64,000 nt of DNA. Origin: Nitrospirota bacterium. GTDB lineage: Bacteria; Nitrospirota; UBA9217. Shown here one piece after another: positions 9,424 through 20,504 of the stretch (positions are counted from its first letter, which is position 1; the number at the start of each line of letters is the position of its first letter). Below the pieces are notes generated by a model. The model saw nothing but the letters and a program-made list of their open reading frames with translations, had not been told where the DNA came from and did not search any database. Where the stretch lies: the NCBI GenBank assembly GCA_963737155.1, contig CAVTRN010000001.1, positions 928,001-992,000 of the forward strand, read 5' to 3'. The position numbers and the translations under genes are program-made.

Positions 9424-10299
9424 TCAGGCAACATTTAGGAATTGACTCTTATGGGCCACTAGGAACTCCTGAATGGAAATCGGTTTCCTGCCGATAATCC
9501 TTTCCACGTAATGGTTTACGATGTCGCCTTTGCCCTCTGCCCATGTCTTCAAGAGCCTGATCATATTTTCAGCCATCCATGTAGGCATTCCGGATTGAGC
9601 CATTTCCTGCCGTGTTGCATCAAAGCTTACCGCCGAGTATCTAATGGTCTTTCCGCTTACTCTGCTCCATATTGCGGCTATTTCCGAAAAGGTCAACGAT
9701 TCTGGACCGCTAAGAACATAGGTGGTCCCGAGATGCCCCCCGTCAATCAGGATTCTGGACGCCACGGACGCGATATCCTGTAGAGCGATCGGAGCGATCC
9801 TAGCATCGCCGAGAGGAGAGAAGAGAACGCCGTTCCTGGTCACGGATTCGCTATTCACGAGGAGGTTGTCCATAAAGAAGTGCGGATGGAGGAAAGTATA
9901 GGCTATCCCAGTTTTTCTTATGTAATTCTCGATCTCCGCATGGTCTCGTAACAGCCCCACCGGAGAGTTCTCCCCTGTTCCCAGCGCGGATAGCTTTATA
10001 ATATGCTTTAACCCCGTCAGACGCGCCATATTCACAAAATTTGACTGGAGCTTTACCATGTCCGGCGAGGCGGGAGACACCAAGTAGGCTTTATGGATGC
10101 CACTCAGGGCCTCCTCAAGAGATCTCGTGTCGCTGTAATCAGCCTCCACAAGCTCAACTTCCTTCATATTCTCGAACATCTTTTTTTTCGCTTTTGTATG
10201 GACCAGCGCCCGGACTGGCACTCCAGCAGATGCCAATTCGCTCACAATGGGAAATCCTGTTTTACCGCTTGCGCCGGTTACCAAAATGACCGGTTTCAT
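9424..10299 (-). CDS. NmrA-like / atypical SDR NAD(P)H-binding oxidoreductase
   Basis: ILVTGASGKTG Rossmann motif, TFLHPHFFMDN; SD GAGGTG before ATG 10299. Confidence 0.88.
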   Translation of the reverse strand: MKPVILVTGASGKTGFPIVSELASAGVPVRALVHTKAKKKMFENMKEVELVEADYSDTRSLEEALSGIHKAYLVSPASPDMVKLQSNFVNMARLTGLKHIIKLSALGTGENSPVGLLRDHAEIENYIRKTGIAYTFLHPHFFMDNLLVNSESVTRNGVLFSPLGDARIAPIALQDIASVASRILIDGGHLGTTYVLSGPESLTFSEIAAIWSRVSGKTIRYSAVSFDATRQEMAQSGMPTWMAENMIRLLKTWAEGKGDIVNHYVERIIGRKPISIQEFLVAHKSQFLNVA

Positions 10300-10711
10300 A
10301 GTTACACCTCTTTCCCGCAACTATAGCGCATAGTTTTCATTCCTTTACATTAATTATAGCGCTCTTTTGATATGAGTGTATGACCCCTAGGGCGAGGATG
10401 AATTGCACAGCGATAGAGGCAGGATTTATTCACGAGAGGGGTCCGTTATCGGTTTCGGCAGCAGGATTGGCTAAACAGCTATTGCTTCCCGCTGCTGTTA
10501 AGAAGGGGGGCTTGAAATTATCCACAGCAGGATCCGCGACAGGAGCTTTAGGCCTTGAAACGAATATTAACCGCGTTCCGTACCGACCCAATTTACTCCT
10601 TCAGCATGGATCACATGCGGGGAACATCTATTCAAGTAGTAGCGCTGTAAGGATGAGGGCAAACCTAACGCGTCAAGGCATCAAAGCCCCTTTAAGGGGG
10701 GGCTTCATCGC

Positions 10712-11608
10712 TTATACCGATACCTTTTGAATGAACCTTCTCAACCCTTCATGAAATCTAATTGGTTCGACGCCGAAGGCGTCGCGAATATCTCGCAATC
10801 CGCAGACATTGTCCTCCTGAAGCATGATCAGCTGGTCCGTGGTAAACGGCGGCCGGGAAAGAACTGATTCAAGTACACGCGCGGCGGTCCTCATGAAAAA
10901 AAGCGGCATGTGGAACATCGGCCGCCTTACGCCCAGGATGTCAGCTATAGCGATGGTTACTTCCTCGTAGGTCAACTGTTCCGGTCCGCCGATTTCGTAC
11001 ATTTCATTCAGGTATGAGTCGCTCGTTATGGCTTTCTCGATGCAGGCAGTAACGTCATCTATATAGATGGGCTGGATCCTCGATGTGCCGGAACCGATTA
11101 TAGGCAGAATGGGCGAGAGCCTTATTATTTCGGAGAGCCGGATGGTGAACTGGTCGCCAGGACCGTAAATGAGCGATGGACGAAGAATGGTGAAGGGGAT
11201 AGATCCTGTGCGCACAAGTTCTTCGGCTTCCCACTTTGTCCTGTGGTAGGCGCTTTTTGCTCCGGGCCGCGTGCCTAGCGCGCTTTGAAAAAAGAAATGA
11301 GGGACTCCCGCTTTTTTCGCCGCGTTCAGTACGTTGCGGGTCCCGTCCACGTGAACGCTCTGAAATGTTGCGCCTGCTGTTTCCTGGATAATTCCCACGA
11401 GATGAACAACCCGTTCGCAGCCGCTCATAGCTTTTTCGAGCGATGTCTTGTCGGACACGTCGCCGGGAAAAATGTCAATACCGAGATTATTCAGTTCTTG
11501 AGCCCTGCCAGGATTCCTGACAACTGCACGAACAGGAATATCAGCCTTGCGCAGACGTTTGATAAGGTGGGACCCGACAAATCCTGTTCCGCCGGTAATC
11601 AGTATCAT
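10712..11608 (-). CDS. NDUFA9-like NAD-dependent epimerase/dehydratase
   Basis: ITGGTGFVG, YHRTK (YxxxK), RPSLIYG and QPIYIDDV motifs. Confidence 0.88.
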   Translation of the reverse strand: MILITGGTGFVGSHLIKRLRKADIPVRAVVRNPGRAQELNNLGIDIFPGDVSDKTSLEKAMSGCERVVHLVGIIQETAGATFQSVHVDGTRNVLNAAKKAGVPHFFFQSALGTRPGAKSAYHRTKWEAEELVRTGSIPFTILRPSLIYGPGDQFTIRLSEIIRLSPILPIIGSGTSRIQPIYIDDVTACIEKAITSDSYLNEMYEIGGPEQLTYEEVTIAIADILGVRRPMFHMPLFFMRTAARVLESVLSRPPFTTDQLIMLQEDNVCGLRDIRDAFGVEPIRFHEGLRRFIQKVSV

Positions 11609-11849
11609 GATGCGTCTCCCTAAAGACGGATAAAATCATGTTACCACAGCCTGCTGAGTAAATCATTAACTTCGTCTCATGTCGCTTGTGCGAACAGAAA
11701 AAATGATAGCTTGCGGCTGTTCCCGCTCTCCGTACCTGGCGTGACGATTTTTTCTAACCGGCTAATGTGCTAAAACAGCGTCGACATTCAGTGACAGGTA
11801 GGCCGCCGATTCGTCGTCATCGGCTAATTCTTCCGCTACCACGAAATGG

Positions 11850-12020
11850 AAGGTGATCCGATTGCCGAGCACCAGATGTTGGCCAGTACAAACGCCCATA
11901 CTCCGATTACGACGTCAATGAAGAACTCCACCGTTGTGGCGTCGTCCCTAATTCAGCCTTTCTTGTAATTCGTTCCGTCGACCTTCAGCGACTTCGGTCT
12001 TGACCACTAGTCCAACCAGG
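11850..12020 (-). pseudogene. Fragment of a putative sulfate exporter (YeiH-like) transporter
   Basis: Minus strand reads GTNYKKG*IRDDATTVEFFIDVVIGVWAFVLANIW, resembling a conserved segment of that family, with an internal stop. Confidence 0.5.
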
Positions 12021-12094
12021 CTCCGCTCCTATAGGTTTCTTCGTTTTGAGAAATCAGCAGGAGTAAGTTTCCCTGATAGATAATTTTTTGCTCT

Positions 12095-12859
12095 TCAAGG
12101 ATTGAAAAGCGTATCATCGACGGGCGGGTTGATGATGTATCCGGTCATCGTGATTTCACTAATTTTATTTCCGCTGGCATAGTTTACGATCCTGAAGGGC
12201 AGGAGGACGCCGTCGATGAATCTGAAGTCGCTGTACTCGGAGCTCAAGCTCGTTGACTGCGTTCCTATAACAAAAAAACCGGTGCATTTCAAGATCCGGT
12301 AAGTTTTCGCGTTTATGATCATTTCCATCTCGTTACCCGCACGATCCGTGACCCGGAGAACACGGACAACGGTATTGTTCAGTCTATCCATTCGCAGGTC
12401 GGAGACTGCATAGGTGTGATCAAGCATTCCGTAGGGTTGGTTAAGTTCGTTATATTGGTAGACCATGGCGAGATAGCGGGGGCCGAAGACTTCCTCCATC
12501 GGTGCCTCCGTACCGCGAAACCCTTTTTTTCCGTTTAAAATTCTTTTTTCCGTTGAGTGGCGGTATACGATGTCAACGAACAGTTTTCCATCCCTCCTCA
12601 GAATTCGTTTGTATGATCCTTCATCACCCCGCATGAGCGCGGTTATACGTCCATCGGCCGACACTGACGTGACCTTCGCAAGCCGTTCTCTGCCGCCATA
12701 AGCTTCGATGATATTGTCCGTGATTGTCCGGCCTCCCTGCATCGGCTGATGAACGCATGACGCAGTCATGAAGAAGAGCCCGGCAAGTAGGCATAGAACC
12801 TTCACGGTTGTCCTTCCCTCAATAACGTGATGTTCGGGAATGAGTATGAGTTGGCTCAT
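12095..12859 (-). CDS. Hypothetical exported lipoprotein (LolA-like beta-rich fold possible)
   Basis: Hydrophobic stretch ending in TASC lipobox; EAYGG and YSDFRFIDGVLLPF motifs; the start may be GTG 12805. Confidence 0.7.
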   Translation of the reverse strand: MSQLILIPEHHVIEGRTTVKVLCLLAGLFFMTASCVHQPMQGGRTITDNIIEAYGGRERLAKVTSVSADGRITALMRGDEGSYKRILRRDGKLFVDIVYRHSTEKRILNGKKGFRGTEAPMEEVFGPRYLAMVYQYNELNQPYGMLDHTYAVSDLRMDRLNNTVVRVLRVTDRAGNEMEMIINAKTYRILKCTGFFVIGTQSTSLSSEYSDFRFIDGVLLPFRIVNYASGNKISEITMTGYIINPPVDDTLFNP

Positions 12860-13735
12860 GAACGTTCCTCCTGAATCGCTTATCCTCTATTATGACAGCA
12901 GTCCACGAACTGTAATGTATAAGAGAAGTTCCTGCTGACATGGAATGACGCTTGCTCTCATTAAAACGGCGTCAATCATATCCGGTAATACCAATATAAT
13001 AGACATGTATGGCAATAAAATAAAGCATTAAAATGGTCGAATTGCATCAAATGGGTCGGATCAATTGCCATGTTTGTGATAAAAAAAAGGTTTTTTTGGT
13101 TAAGTCACCACGAATATGGGGAATTCACCTGTTCGATTTTTACAGTACTTATCAGGCAAGTCATAATACATTGATAGAATGTGACTTTTATATCTGGCAC
13201 GGAGTATGCTAAATAAATTACAAATGCATTGATAAAACTGATGAGTATTACCTGAACGGTCGGAGGATAATCGATCTTACTACTTGACGAGAAAGGAGCG
13301 ACCGTTGAAATTCCAGAGAGCTGCTCAGTTTTCGTGGCTCTGCAGCGCATGGGAGAGCAACAATAATTAAATAATCGTATAATGGTACTCATCTAGACAC
13401 AGATAATCGGGCCCGGCCAAGGCAAACGAAGACGGAGAGGGGCAACAATTTTATCAGTTCCTGTGCGCCTTGGTGAATGAGTAACTAAGTGAGCTTTCAA
13501 ACGCGGTATGGTTTGGGCCATTGGCCTATGCGCCTTTCCTGCTCGCGGGCCCGTTACCTTTCTCTCCCCTGATGTTGGAAGCATCTGTTTTACCGCTTCC
13601 GGCATTTTTATTTCAGGCGCGATGGTCAATCCGGCATGTGATGCTCGGCCAAGCAGGCCAGAAGAGATTATCCGAGCATTTGAGAAAAATCTTTATCCTT
13701 TCTCTGTGGCCTACCGCTACTCTGCAGCACGATTA

Positions 13736-14394
13736 TTACAGCAATGTGGGAAGACCCTGATATGGGCAGCGAAATTCACCAAATATCGCGTAATTCAGCG
13801 TCAGCTGTTGGCCATGCCGGTAGAGGTCGACGGAAATGTTTTGTTTGCCTCTCAAGTCTTGATAGAGCTTTAGAAATCCGGCCGGGTTGTCAAGGTCTCG
13901 GGAATTGATTCGCATGATTACATCGCCTTTCTGAAGGCCGATCTTTTCATAAATGCTGCCAGGAGAAATTCTACTGATCTGCAGCCCTGTTGTCCCGCCC
14001 TGCTTGAGGCAGGGGACTACGCGCGCCTGCATCAATACATCGTTTATATTCCTGGTGCTCGCAAGCACCATCTTCCTGTCTAATGTTCTCATTGGGGAGA
14101 AGTTCATGGCCTCAATGCTGCTTGAAGTTCCGTTGATCTGAATACTAGTGCTGTTGCAATCAGGAGATCTTCCCGCTATAGCGCACGAGATGATCTGTTT
14201 GTCCAAGGAAGTATTTTTGCGTCGGTCAGGGCGGAGGGCAGTTTCTGGTCGGTTGTGCGTTGCAGGCAGTGCATAGGGCAGATTTGTATCAAGCTTTTCC
14301 CGGACAATTTTATCTATTGCATAAGCGAGGAAATAGGCTGAAAGGGTTACATTGCAAGTACTATAAGCGTGTGTATCGATATATTCCGTTGCAT
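13736..14394 (-). pseudogene. Type II secretion GspC-like PDZ protein with a frameshifted N-terminal anchor
   Basis: QARVVP...GLQISRISPGSIYEKIGLQKGDVIMRIN PDZ domain. MQRNISIHTLIVLA switches frame into VTLSAYFLAYAIDKIV. Confidence 0.6.
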
Positions 14395-14540
14395 GGCATA
14401 GGGCCCGGGGAGGTTTTCATGAAGAAACGGATTTACAATGGCATGTTAGGCTAGGCAAGGTGAAATCCGGCATAATCCCCGACTGAATTGCCTACCCTAA
14501 ACGGAACCGATGCAGTGTGGCGTGATGAAAAAAAATTTTG

Positions 14541-15437
14541 TCAGTAAACGGGACTCTTTTGGGTTCTGCGCAGACTTATCGGTATGTATACCGCCTCCGG
14601 ATTCATTCCGATTTTTTCAAGCAGAAGCGTGCTTCTCCACAGGCTGTTTCTCGAACGGGCTCCAAGAACTGCAGTATAGAGAGGCCCTTTTTCCGTGTTG
14701 ATTGCGCAAACGAAGCAGTGCCTTGCCGTTCCAGTATACCCCGTTTTCCCTCCGATGATATTGTCCTGTTGCCAGAGAAGATGATCCGAATTCTCCAGAA
14801 AAATTTCCCTTCCACCGGAAGTCGTAACCAGATATTCTTTCTTGCCCAGGATTTCCCGTATCAAAGGATAGGAGAGCGCCGCTTTCAAAATGAGCGCGAG
14901 ATCGTTTGCAGTCGTATACTGGATCCCCTTCGGGAGCCCCGATGCGTTCGCAAAGAGTGTGTTGTTCGCACCGATCTCTTTGGCTTTGAGGTTCATCAGG
15001 GCCACAAATTCATCCTCCGAACCGGTGGTGGCTTCGGCAAGGGCAACGGCGGCGGCATTTATGGATCTCATCAGTGCGAGATGGAGGAGATCGGAAACGG
15101 TCATTTCCTCATTGGGCCGTAATCTTGGTTGTATGGAACGAACTTTTGCGGCGTCTTTGCTTATGGTCACTTTTGTGCCGGGATTGAGATTGTCGATGGC
15201 CACCATGGCCGTTACCAATTTGACGGTGCTTGCAGGAGCGAGCTTGGCATCGGGGAATTTAGAATAGAGAACCGTGCCGGAGGAATTCATGACGATCGCG
15301 GCTTTTGCCGGGATTCTTTTCTGAGAGCGCGCTGACGCAGCCGCAGCCGGCATGAACAACAGGCATGCGGCAAGATAGAGAACGAGAAAGGGACGTTTCA
15401 ATCCAACTACAAATTTGAGAAAGAATCGAAGGATCAT
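14541..15437 (-). CDS. D-alanyl-D-alanine carboxypeptidase (peptidase S11)
   Basis: ASTVK (SxxK), SIN (SxN) and KTG motifs; signal peptide; start uncertain. Confidence 0.9.
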   Translation of the reverse strand: MILRFFLKFVVGLKRPFLVLYLAACLLFMPAAAASARSQKRIPAKAAIVMNSSGTVLYSKFPDAKLAPASTVKLVTAMVAIDNLNPGTKVTISKDAAKVRSIQPRLRPNEEMTVSDLLHLALMRSINAAAVALAEATTGSEDEFVALMNLKAKEIGANNTLFANASGLPKGIQYTTANDLALILKAALSYPLIREILGKKEYLVTTSGGREIFLENSDHLLWQQDNIIGGKTGYTGTARHCFVCAINTEKGPLYTAVLGARSRNSLWRSTLLLEKIGMNPEAVYIPISLRRTQKSPVY

Positions 15438-15601
15438 AACAAGGTCCGGCTCCCATCCGGATGTTCTACGAAACGACAAATACGCTGCGGGAATCCTTTG
15501 CCAATGAGCAGCCATGGTACTCTCGGAAATATATACAGTACTTGTCGGTTTTTGTAAAGCTAAAAGAGCAATGTAGCAAAAGGGAAACGTTTCAGCTATG
15601 A

Positions 15602-16459
15602 TTAGCGCAACCCCGATTTTTTGCGATAGTACCAGCTCATGGCTTTTTTAAGATTCTGTAGGATGCTCTCCCTGGCGTTTATTATGAAGATCCTATCCAG
15701 GATGTGGAACATCTCCCGCTCCATTCGGATAACCCGCGGCGGCTTATCATTGCGCTTCTGAAGTTCTTTTTCGAACATCGGCACGAGCTTGTCCTTCATG
15801 CGAAGTTCAGTGTCTATGAGAAAAAATGAAATTGCGGGCGCCAGGTCTGCCACCCGGTCTAGAAACGCCGTAATCTCGCTGTCAGAGATCTGCTTGGGCG
15901 GCGAGGACTTGACTTCTCCATAGAGAAGTGAGTGGTCGATTTTAGCGATAAGATCGTAATCACCGCCAACGTTCGTCCGTTTGAACTTAACACCCCACGT
16001 AGCCTCGGAACCGAATTCCCTCCTGAATATCTCGGCGACATACCATTCGAGCGTTTCTCCGAAACTGGTAATCGGCCTTTTGGAGAGTGAATACGATTTC
16101 CCGTTTTTCCTAACAAGCTTGATGGACTGCAGGTAGTCAAGATAATCTTTTGTTACAGATTGCGTGGCATAACGCGTAACGATTTCAAGGGTAAACTGGT
16201 CCTGGTTCCTGATTACGTCGCGAAGGAAGAGCCGGAAAGAGTACTTGTGCAGCATGCTGTAATAGACGTCCAGATATTTATTGAACGGGACCAGGAGGTT
16301 GTCGTCCGGTTCCTTCTTATATATCGTAAAGCCTCTTCGTTTTAACAGCATGTCGAGGCTCGGAGCTTGCCGGATCAAAGCTTTGCGGAGCCGCTTAACT
16401 TCCGCTCTCAGGCGAGCGAGTTCGCCGCCGGTTTTGTCATCGTCCATAGAGCAATGCAT
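15602..16459 (-). CDS. Hypothetical protein with a PD-(D/E)XK nuclease-like C-terminal domain
   Basis: LEWYVA...GGDYDLIA...GEVKS pattern. Confidence 0.65.
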   Translation of the reverse strand: MHCSMDDDKTGGELARLRAEVKRLRKALIRQAPSLDMLLKRRGFTIYKKEPDDNLLVPFNKYLDVYYSMLHKYSFRLFLRDVIRNQDQFTLEIVTRYATQSVTKDYLDYLQSIKLVRKNGKSYSLSKRPITSFGETLEWYVAEIFRREFGSEATWGVKFKRTNVGGDYDLIAKIDHSLLYGEVKSSPPKQISDSEITAFLDRVADLAPAISFFLIDTELRMKDKLVPMFEKELQKRNDKPPRVIRMEREMFHILDRIFIINARESILQNLKKAMSWYYRKKSGLR

Positions 16460-16494
16460 GATGGTTGTTGCCGAGCGCCTGCATACTGTCCGGG

Positions 16495-17199
16495 TCAGGC
16501 GAGTATGATTTTGACATCGAGTGCCGCAGCGCTGCGGACATAGATCCGGACAGGGTTCATGTCGATTTCCTGAATTTCAGGATGATCGGCCAATAGTTTT
16601 GCGATTGCATTGAGGACACCGAAGACAGCCTCCTGATCCAGAGGCGGGCTGCCTCGGAATCCTTTCAGAAGCATACCCGCCCTCGTCTCGCCGATCATAT
16701 CGAGCATTTCGTCCCGTGTCATGGGCAGGATGCCGAAAACCGCGTCTCTGAGCGCTTCTACCCAGACCCCGCCAAGGCCGAATGAAAGGGAGGGTCCGAA
16801 CTGCTTATCGCGTAAACCGCCGGCGAGAAGTTCCAGGCCCTGAGGCATCATTTTCTCAACTAGAAACGAACGTATGACTGCGCTTGGTGCTCTTGCCGCG
16901 ACCATGTTCTTTATGGTCGTGACTGAGGCCGATAATCCGGCGCTGGTGGTAATGTTAAGGATTACGGCACCCGCATCGGTCTTGTGTAGGATTTCGGCTG
17001 AAACCGCCTTGAGGACAACAGGAAAGCCGAGTGACTCTCCTGCGGCAACAATGGCTTTCTGGTCCTGTGGATCGACAAGGACAAAGCGCGGCACAATGAT
17101 GCCCGCCGAGCGTGCAAGCTCCTTGGCCTCGTGTTCGAAGAGCGCCTTGCGGCCTTCCTTGAATGCAATCTGTATGATATCGCGAGGTTTGGTCATCAT
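16495..17199 (-). CDS. ADP-forming acetyl-CoA synthetase beta subunit (ATP-grasp)
   Basis: GFPVVLK, HKTDAGAV, FGLGGVWVE and EIDMNP motifs. Confidence 0.9.
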   Translation of the reverse strand: MMTKPRDIIQIAFKEGRKALFEHEAKELARSAGIIVPRFVLVDPQDQKAIVAAGESLGFPVVLKAVSAEILHKTDAGAVILNITTSAGLSASVTTIKNMVAARAPSAVIRSFLVEKMMPQGLELLAGGLRDKQFGPSLSFGLGGVWVEALRDAVFGILPMTRDEMLDMIGETRAGMLLKGFRGSPPLDQEAVFGVLNAIAKLLADHPEIQEIDMNPVRIYVRSAAALDVKIILA

Positions 17200-17225
17200 T
17201 CAGCTAGATTTTTTTGGTTGATTGG

Positions 17226-18605
17226 TCACTTGCATGCTTCTCTCTTTTTGCTGGCGCTTCTAAGCGCTGCCAGCGCACGCACGGCCCGCTCGGGAGATGG
17301 GTATACGGGGATGCCGCGCTTCAGAAGCGAATGCGTGGCTTCCTGGGTATAGCCCAAGCCTTGAAGAATGCAGCAGGTGACAGGCTTGTGTGCTTCATGG
17401 CATGCACGGGCGATCATTTCTGTTGCCTCCTCGGTGACTGTGGTTGCTCCCATGAGCACGATGACGATGGCCGCGTCGTAATAGGGCAGCGCCTCCTTGA
17501 GCGCGATAAAGTAATCTTCATTCTTCCCGCTGCCGGTCAGATCAACAGGATTGTTTTTCACAAAGAAGGGAGGAAATATGTTTTCGAGCTTCTGCCGCAC
17601 TGGTTCCGGCATTCTTGGCATGGTAAATCCCTCGATTTGCGCCTGGTCCGAAGCAGCCACGGACATGCCGCCACCGTTCGTAACAACTAAGAGCCTATTC
17701 CCCACGCAGGGATAATCCATAAGCGCTACGGCCTTGGCCGCGTCAATCATGTGGTCAAAGCCGTAGGCTTCGATGGCGCCTGCCTGACGGAAAGCGGCCT
17801 TGTAGAGGCCGTAGGTTCCCGCAAGCGTTGCCGTATGGGAAGCCACGGCTGCGGCGCCCAGTTCATGTTTGCCCGCTTTCCAAATCACAAGCGGCTTTTT
17901 TGATGCGAAGGCTTTGGCCGCGCGAAGGAACTTCCTGCCATCCGCCACAGATTCCATGTACATGGCGACCGCGCTGGTTCGGGGGTCGTTGGCGAGGTAG
18001 TCGAGTGTGTCGGCATCGTCGATATCGAGACGGTTACCATAGTTCACGGCCTTGGCTATACCCATGTCGTCCCGCGCAAGGGCTTCCATCAGGATGACGG
18101 CGATGGCGCCGCTCTGGGAGATGATTGACAGGCGTCCCTCCACGGGACGCGACACCCGTTCGCGGGAAACGAAGAAGGTGTCAAGCCCGTTTTCAGTGTT
18201 GTAGATGCCGAGAGCATTCGGACCGATTACCCGCATCCCGTATTGTTGCGTCAATTCTGCGATGCGTTGCTGCATGACGATACCTGCTGAGCCTGCTTCG
18301 GCAAATCCGGAACTGATTAGAATGACATGATGAATGCCCTTTTCATGCAAACGGCCGATTTCTTGCTCCACCAGCGGGGCAGGAAGCGCAACAATGGCGA
18401 GGTCTACGTCCTCGGGTACGGAGGTAATAGATGGGTAGCAGCGGTGACCGAGCAGTGTCTGGTGTTTCGGGTTGACCGGATAGACAGCTCCATTGAAATG
18501 GGAGAGGTTTTGAAGAATCGAGCGCCCCGGCTTTGCGACGCTGTCTGTTGCACCGATCAAGGCCACGGTTTTCGGATAAAAAAAATTGTTCAGATCGTGA
18601 ATCAT
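17226..18605 (-). CDS. ADP-forming acetyl-CoA synthetase alpha subunit (CoA-binding)
   Basis: VALIGA, YPVNP, GPNALG, SQSG, ASHT (phospho-His), TNGGG and NPVDLTG motifs. Confidence 0.92.
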   Translation of the reverse strand: MIHDLNNFFYPKTVALIGATDSVAKPGRSILQNLSHFNGAVYPVNPKHQTLLGHRCYPSITSVPEDVDLAIVALPAPLVEQEIGRLHEKGIHHVILISSGFAEAGSAGIVMQQRIAELTQQYGMRVIGPNALGIYNTENGLDTFFVSRERVSRPVEGRLSIISQSGAIAVILMEALARDDMGIAKAVNYGNRLDIDDADTLDYLANDPRTSAVAMYMESVADGRKFLRAAKAFASKKPLVIWKAGKHELGAAAVASHTATLAGTYGLYKAAFRQAGAIEAYGFDHMIDAAKAVALMDYPCVGNRLLVVTNGGGMSVAASDQAQIEGFTMPRMPEPVRQKLENIFPPFFVKNNPVDLTGSGKNEDYFIALKEALPYYDAAIVIVLMGATTVTEEATEMIARACHEAHKPVTCCILQGLGYTQEATHSLLKRGIPVYPSPERAVRALAALRSASKKREACK

Positions 18606-19418
18606 ATATAATAAATAGCACATTTGAACTAAGAATGTTAAGGCGATTCCAAAATGAGGAGAGACGTGAAATTCCCGTCAGTGCTTCATCTCCGCGCCAG
18701 GATGTTATAAAGGCTTAGCGTCTCGGAAACAAGTGACTTTCAAGGTTGACCACCATCTTATTAATCGTAGTGAAATGAAGCCCGATGAGGGTCTCAGGGT
18801 GAGACCGGTTCAATCAATCTCATTGAAACAGATGAGGTGTCAGGGTAATGAAAAAGAATTCCTCGGTGCTGCCTCCGCAGAGCGAGCCTGCCACAACCTA
18901 GCAACGCCCTGCTCGCAGTTCCTGCCGCGGTGTGACCCCAGCACTTCATGAGCGGTTAGGGGGAAAATGCCGAGCTTGTTGGTTTGGCCTCGCCGCCTCC
19001 GCTGAATTTGTGGATGTTTTATAGACAACGAATCCATATTTGTTCTTTAATTCTGCATGGTTACTAGATTTCATCACTATAAATTGGTTATAAACGTCAC
19101 AGTCAGATTTATTGTCTAAGTTGAATTGTATGTTAATGATGTAATGAAGACAGCTATGGCAAATGTGCCGTCAATACAACTCTGAATTTAGTATAATGGC
19201 AATGTCGGAATGCGAGACTTTCCTTAAACGGTGATTTTTATCAACAAATTCTGCTGAAGATCCGGTATTTCTTTCTAATATCTTACGAGTAAAAGCTGGC
19301 CGACTGCTGTCGTTGTGAATTTTTATCATTCGTGCAGGAGGAAGAACACGCGACCTCCCATAGGTTTTTCGCAGCGCGTCTGGGAATGCTCAAGACCATT
19401 GAAAAAGTGGAAAGAACC

Positions 19419-19461
19419 TATGATCAATATCATATTATTTTAATCTGCGGCAGTGTATTAT
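19419..19461 (+). promoter_or_regulatory. Class II CRP/FNR-family activator site plus -10 box
   Basis: Palindrome TATGAT-CAAT-ATCATA (19419-19434) centred 41.5 nt upstream of ATG 19468; -10 box TATTAT at 19456-19461. Confidence 0.7.
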
Positions 19462-19467
19462 GAATCC

Positions 19468-20478
19468 ATGGATAACAGGAAAAAATATCTCCGCCCCTTC
19501 CGCTATGCAGTGCAGGCTGGCTTTGTTCTGCTCACCATTTTCATCGGGCATCAGTTTTACCAGTTTGTTCAGCAGTTCCTAGGCCCCGGGCACACCATCG
19601 TCCAGCGGCCAGCGTCGGTTGACGCTTTTCTCCCCATCGGCGGGCTGATGGCCTTCAAGTATTTTCTTTTTACGGGGATCATCGAACCGGTACACCCGTC
19701 GGGATTCATTATGTTCGTCGCCATCCTCGGAGTTTCCCTCGTTATGAAAAAGGGCTTTTGCGGCTGGATCTGCCCCATCGGTACGATTTCCCAATACACA
19801 TGGATGCTGGGTGAGAGGGTTTTCGGCCGGAACTTCCGCATGGGTAAATTCATGGACATCTCGCTCCGGTCGCTTAAATACATTCTCCTCGGCATCTTCC
19901 TGATCCTGATCGGCGTTGCCATGGCGCCGAACATGATGGTTCTTTTCATGATTACCGACTATTACAAAGTCGTGGACGTGCGGATGATGAAGTTTTTCAC
20001 CGAGATGTCATCTCTCACGATGTGGGTCCTTATTGCGCTCGCTATGCTCTCAGTGCTATACAAGAACTTCTGGTGTCGCTATCTCTGTCCCTACGGCGCC
20101 CTCCTTGGTCTTTTGAGCCGGCTGAGCCCTTTAAAGGTACGGCGGAACGAGGGCAAGTGTACCAACTGTCACGCTTGCACCCGGCATTGCCCAACGATGA
20201 TCGATGTTGAAAGCAAGCAGGTCATCAATTCCGAGGAATGCTTCGGTTGCCTGACCTGCGTGAGCCACTGCCCCTCACAGGGCGCGCTCGATCTTACTTA
20301 CAAGCTCGGGAAAAAAAACGGTATCGTAAAACCCTGGCTTTTCCCGGTGCTCCTCGTTGCTCTTTTTTATCTGGTGATTGGCTTCGGTATGGCAACGGAC
20401 AATTGGAATTCGAAAATCCCTCATGAAGAGTACCAGCAGCTTATTCCGGAAGTGCAGCAGGAATATTCAAAGCGGTGA
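19468..20478 (+). CDS. Membrane 4Fe-4S binding protein (YccM/NapH-like)
   Basis: FCGWICP and WCRYLCP motifs, two CxxCxxCxxxCP motifs, several TM helices. Confidence 0.9.
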   Translation: MDNRKKYLRPFRYAVQAGFVLLTIFIGHQFYQFVQQFLGPGHTIVQRPASVDAFLPIGGLMAFKYFLFTGIIEPVHPSGFIMFVAILGVSLVMKKGFCGWICPIGTISQYTWMLGERVFGRNFRMGKFMDISLRSLKYILLGIFLILIGVAMAPNMMVLFMITDYYKVVDVRMMKFFTEMSSLTMWVLIALAMLSVLYKNFWCRYLCPYGALLGLLSRLSPLKVRRNEGKCTNCHACTRHCPTMIDVESKQVINSEECFGCLTCVSHCPSQGALDLTYKLGKKNGIVKPWLFPVLLVALFYLVIGFGMATDNWNSKIPHEEYQQLIPEVQQEYSKR

Positions 20479-20504
20479 ATACCGCCTGCCGTATCAAGCG
20501 CACG

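Noticed and set aside
13105-13873. Several short ORFs on both strands
   Set aside because: No motifs or convincing SD; probably decayed or non-coding DNA.
18781-18840. Hammerhead-like CCGATGA...GAAAC with hairpins
   Set aside because: The core is mismatched and stem II does not close before GAAA.
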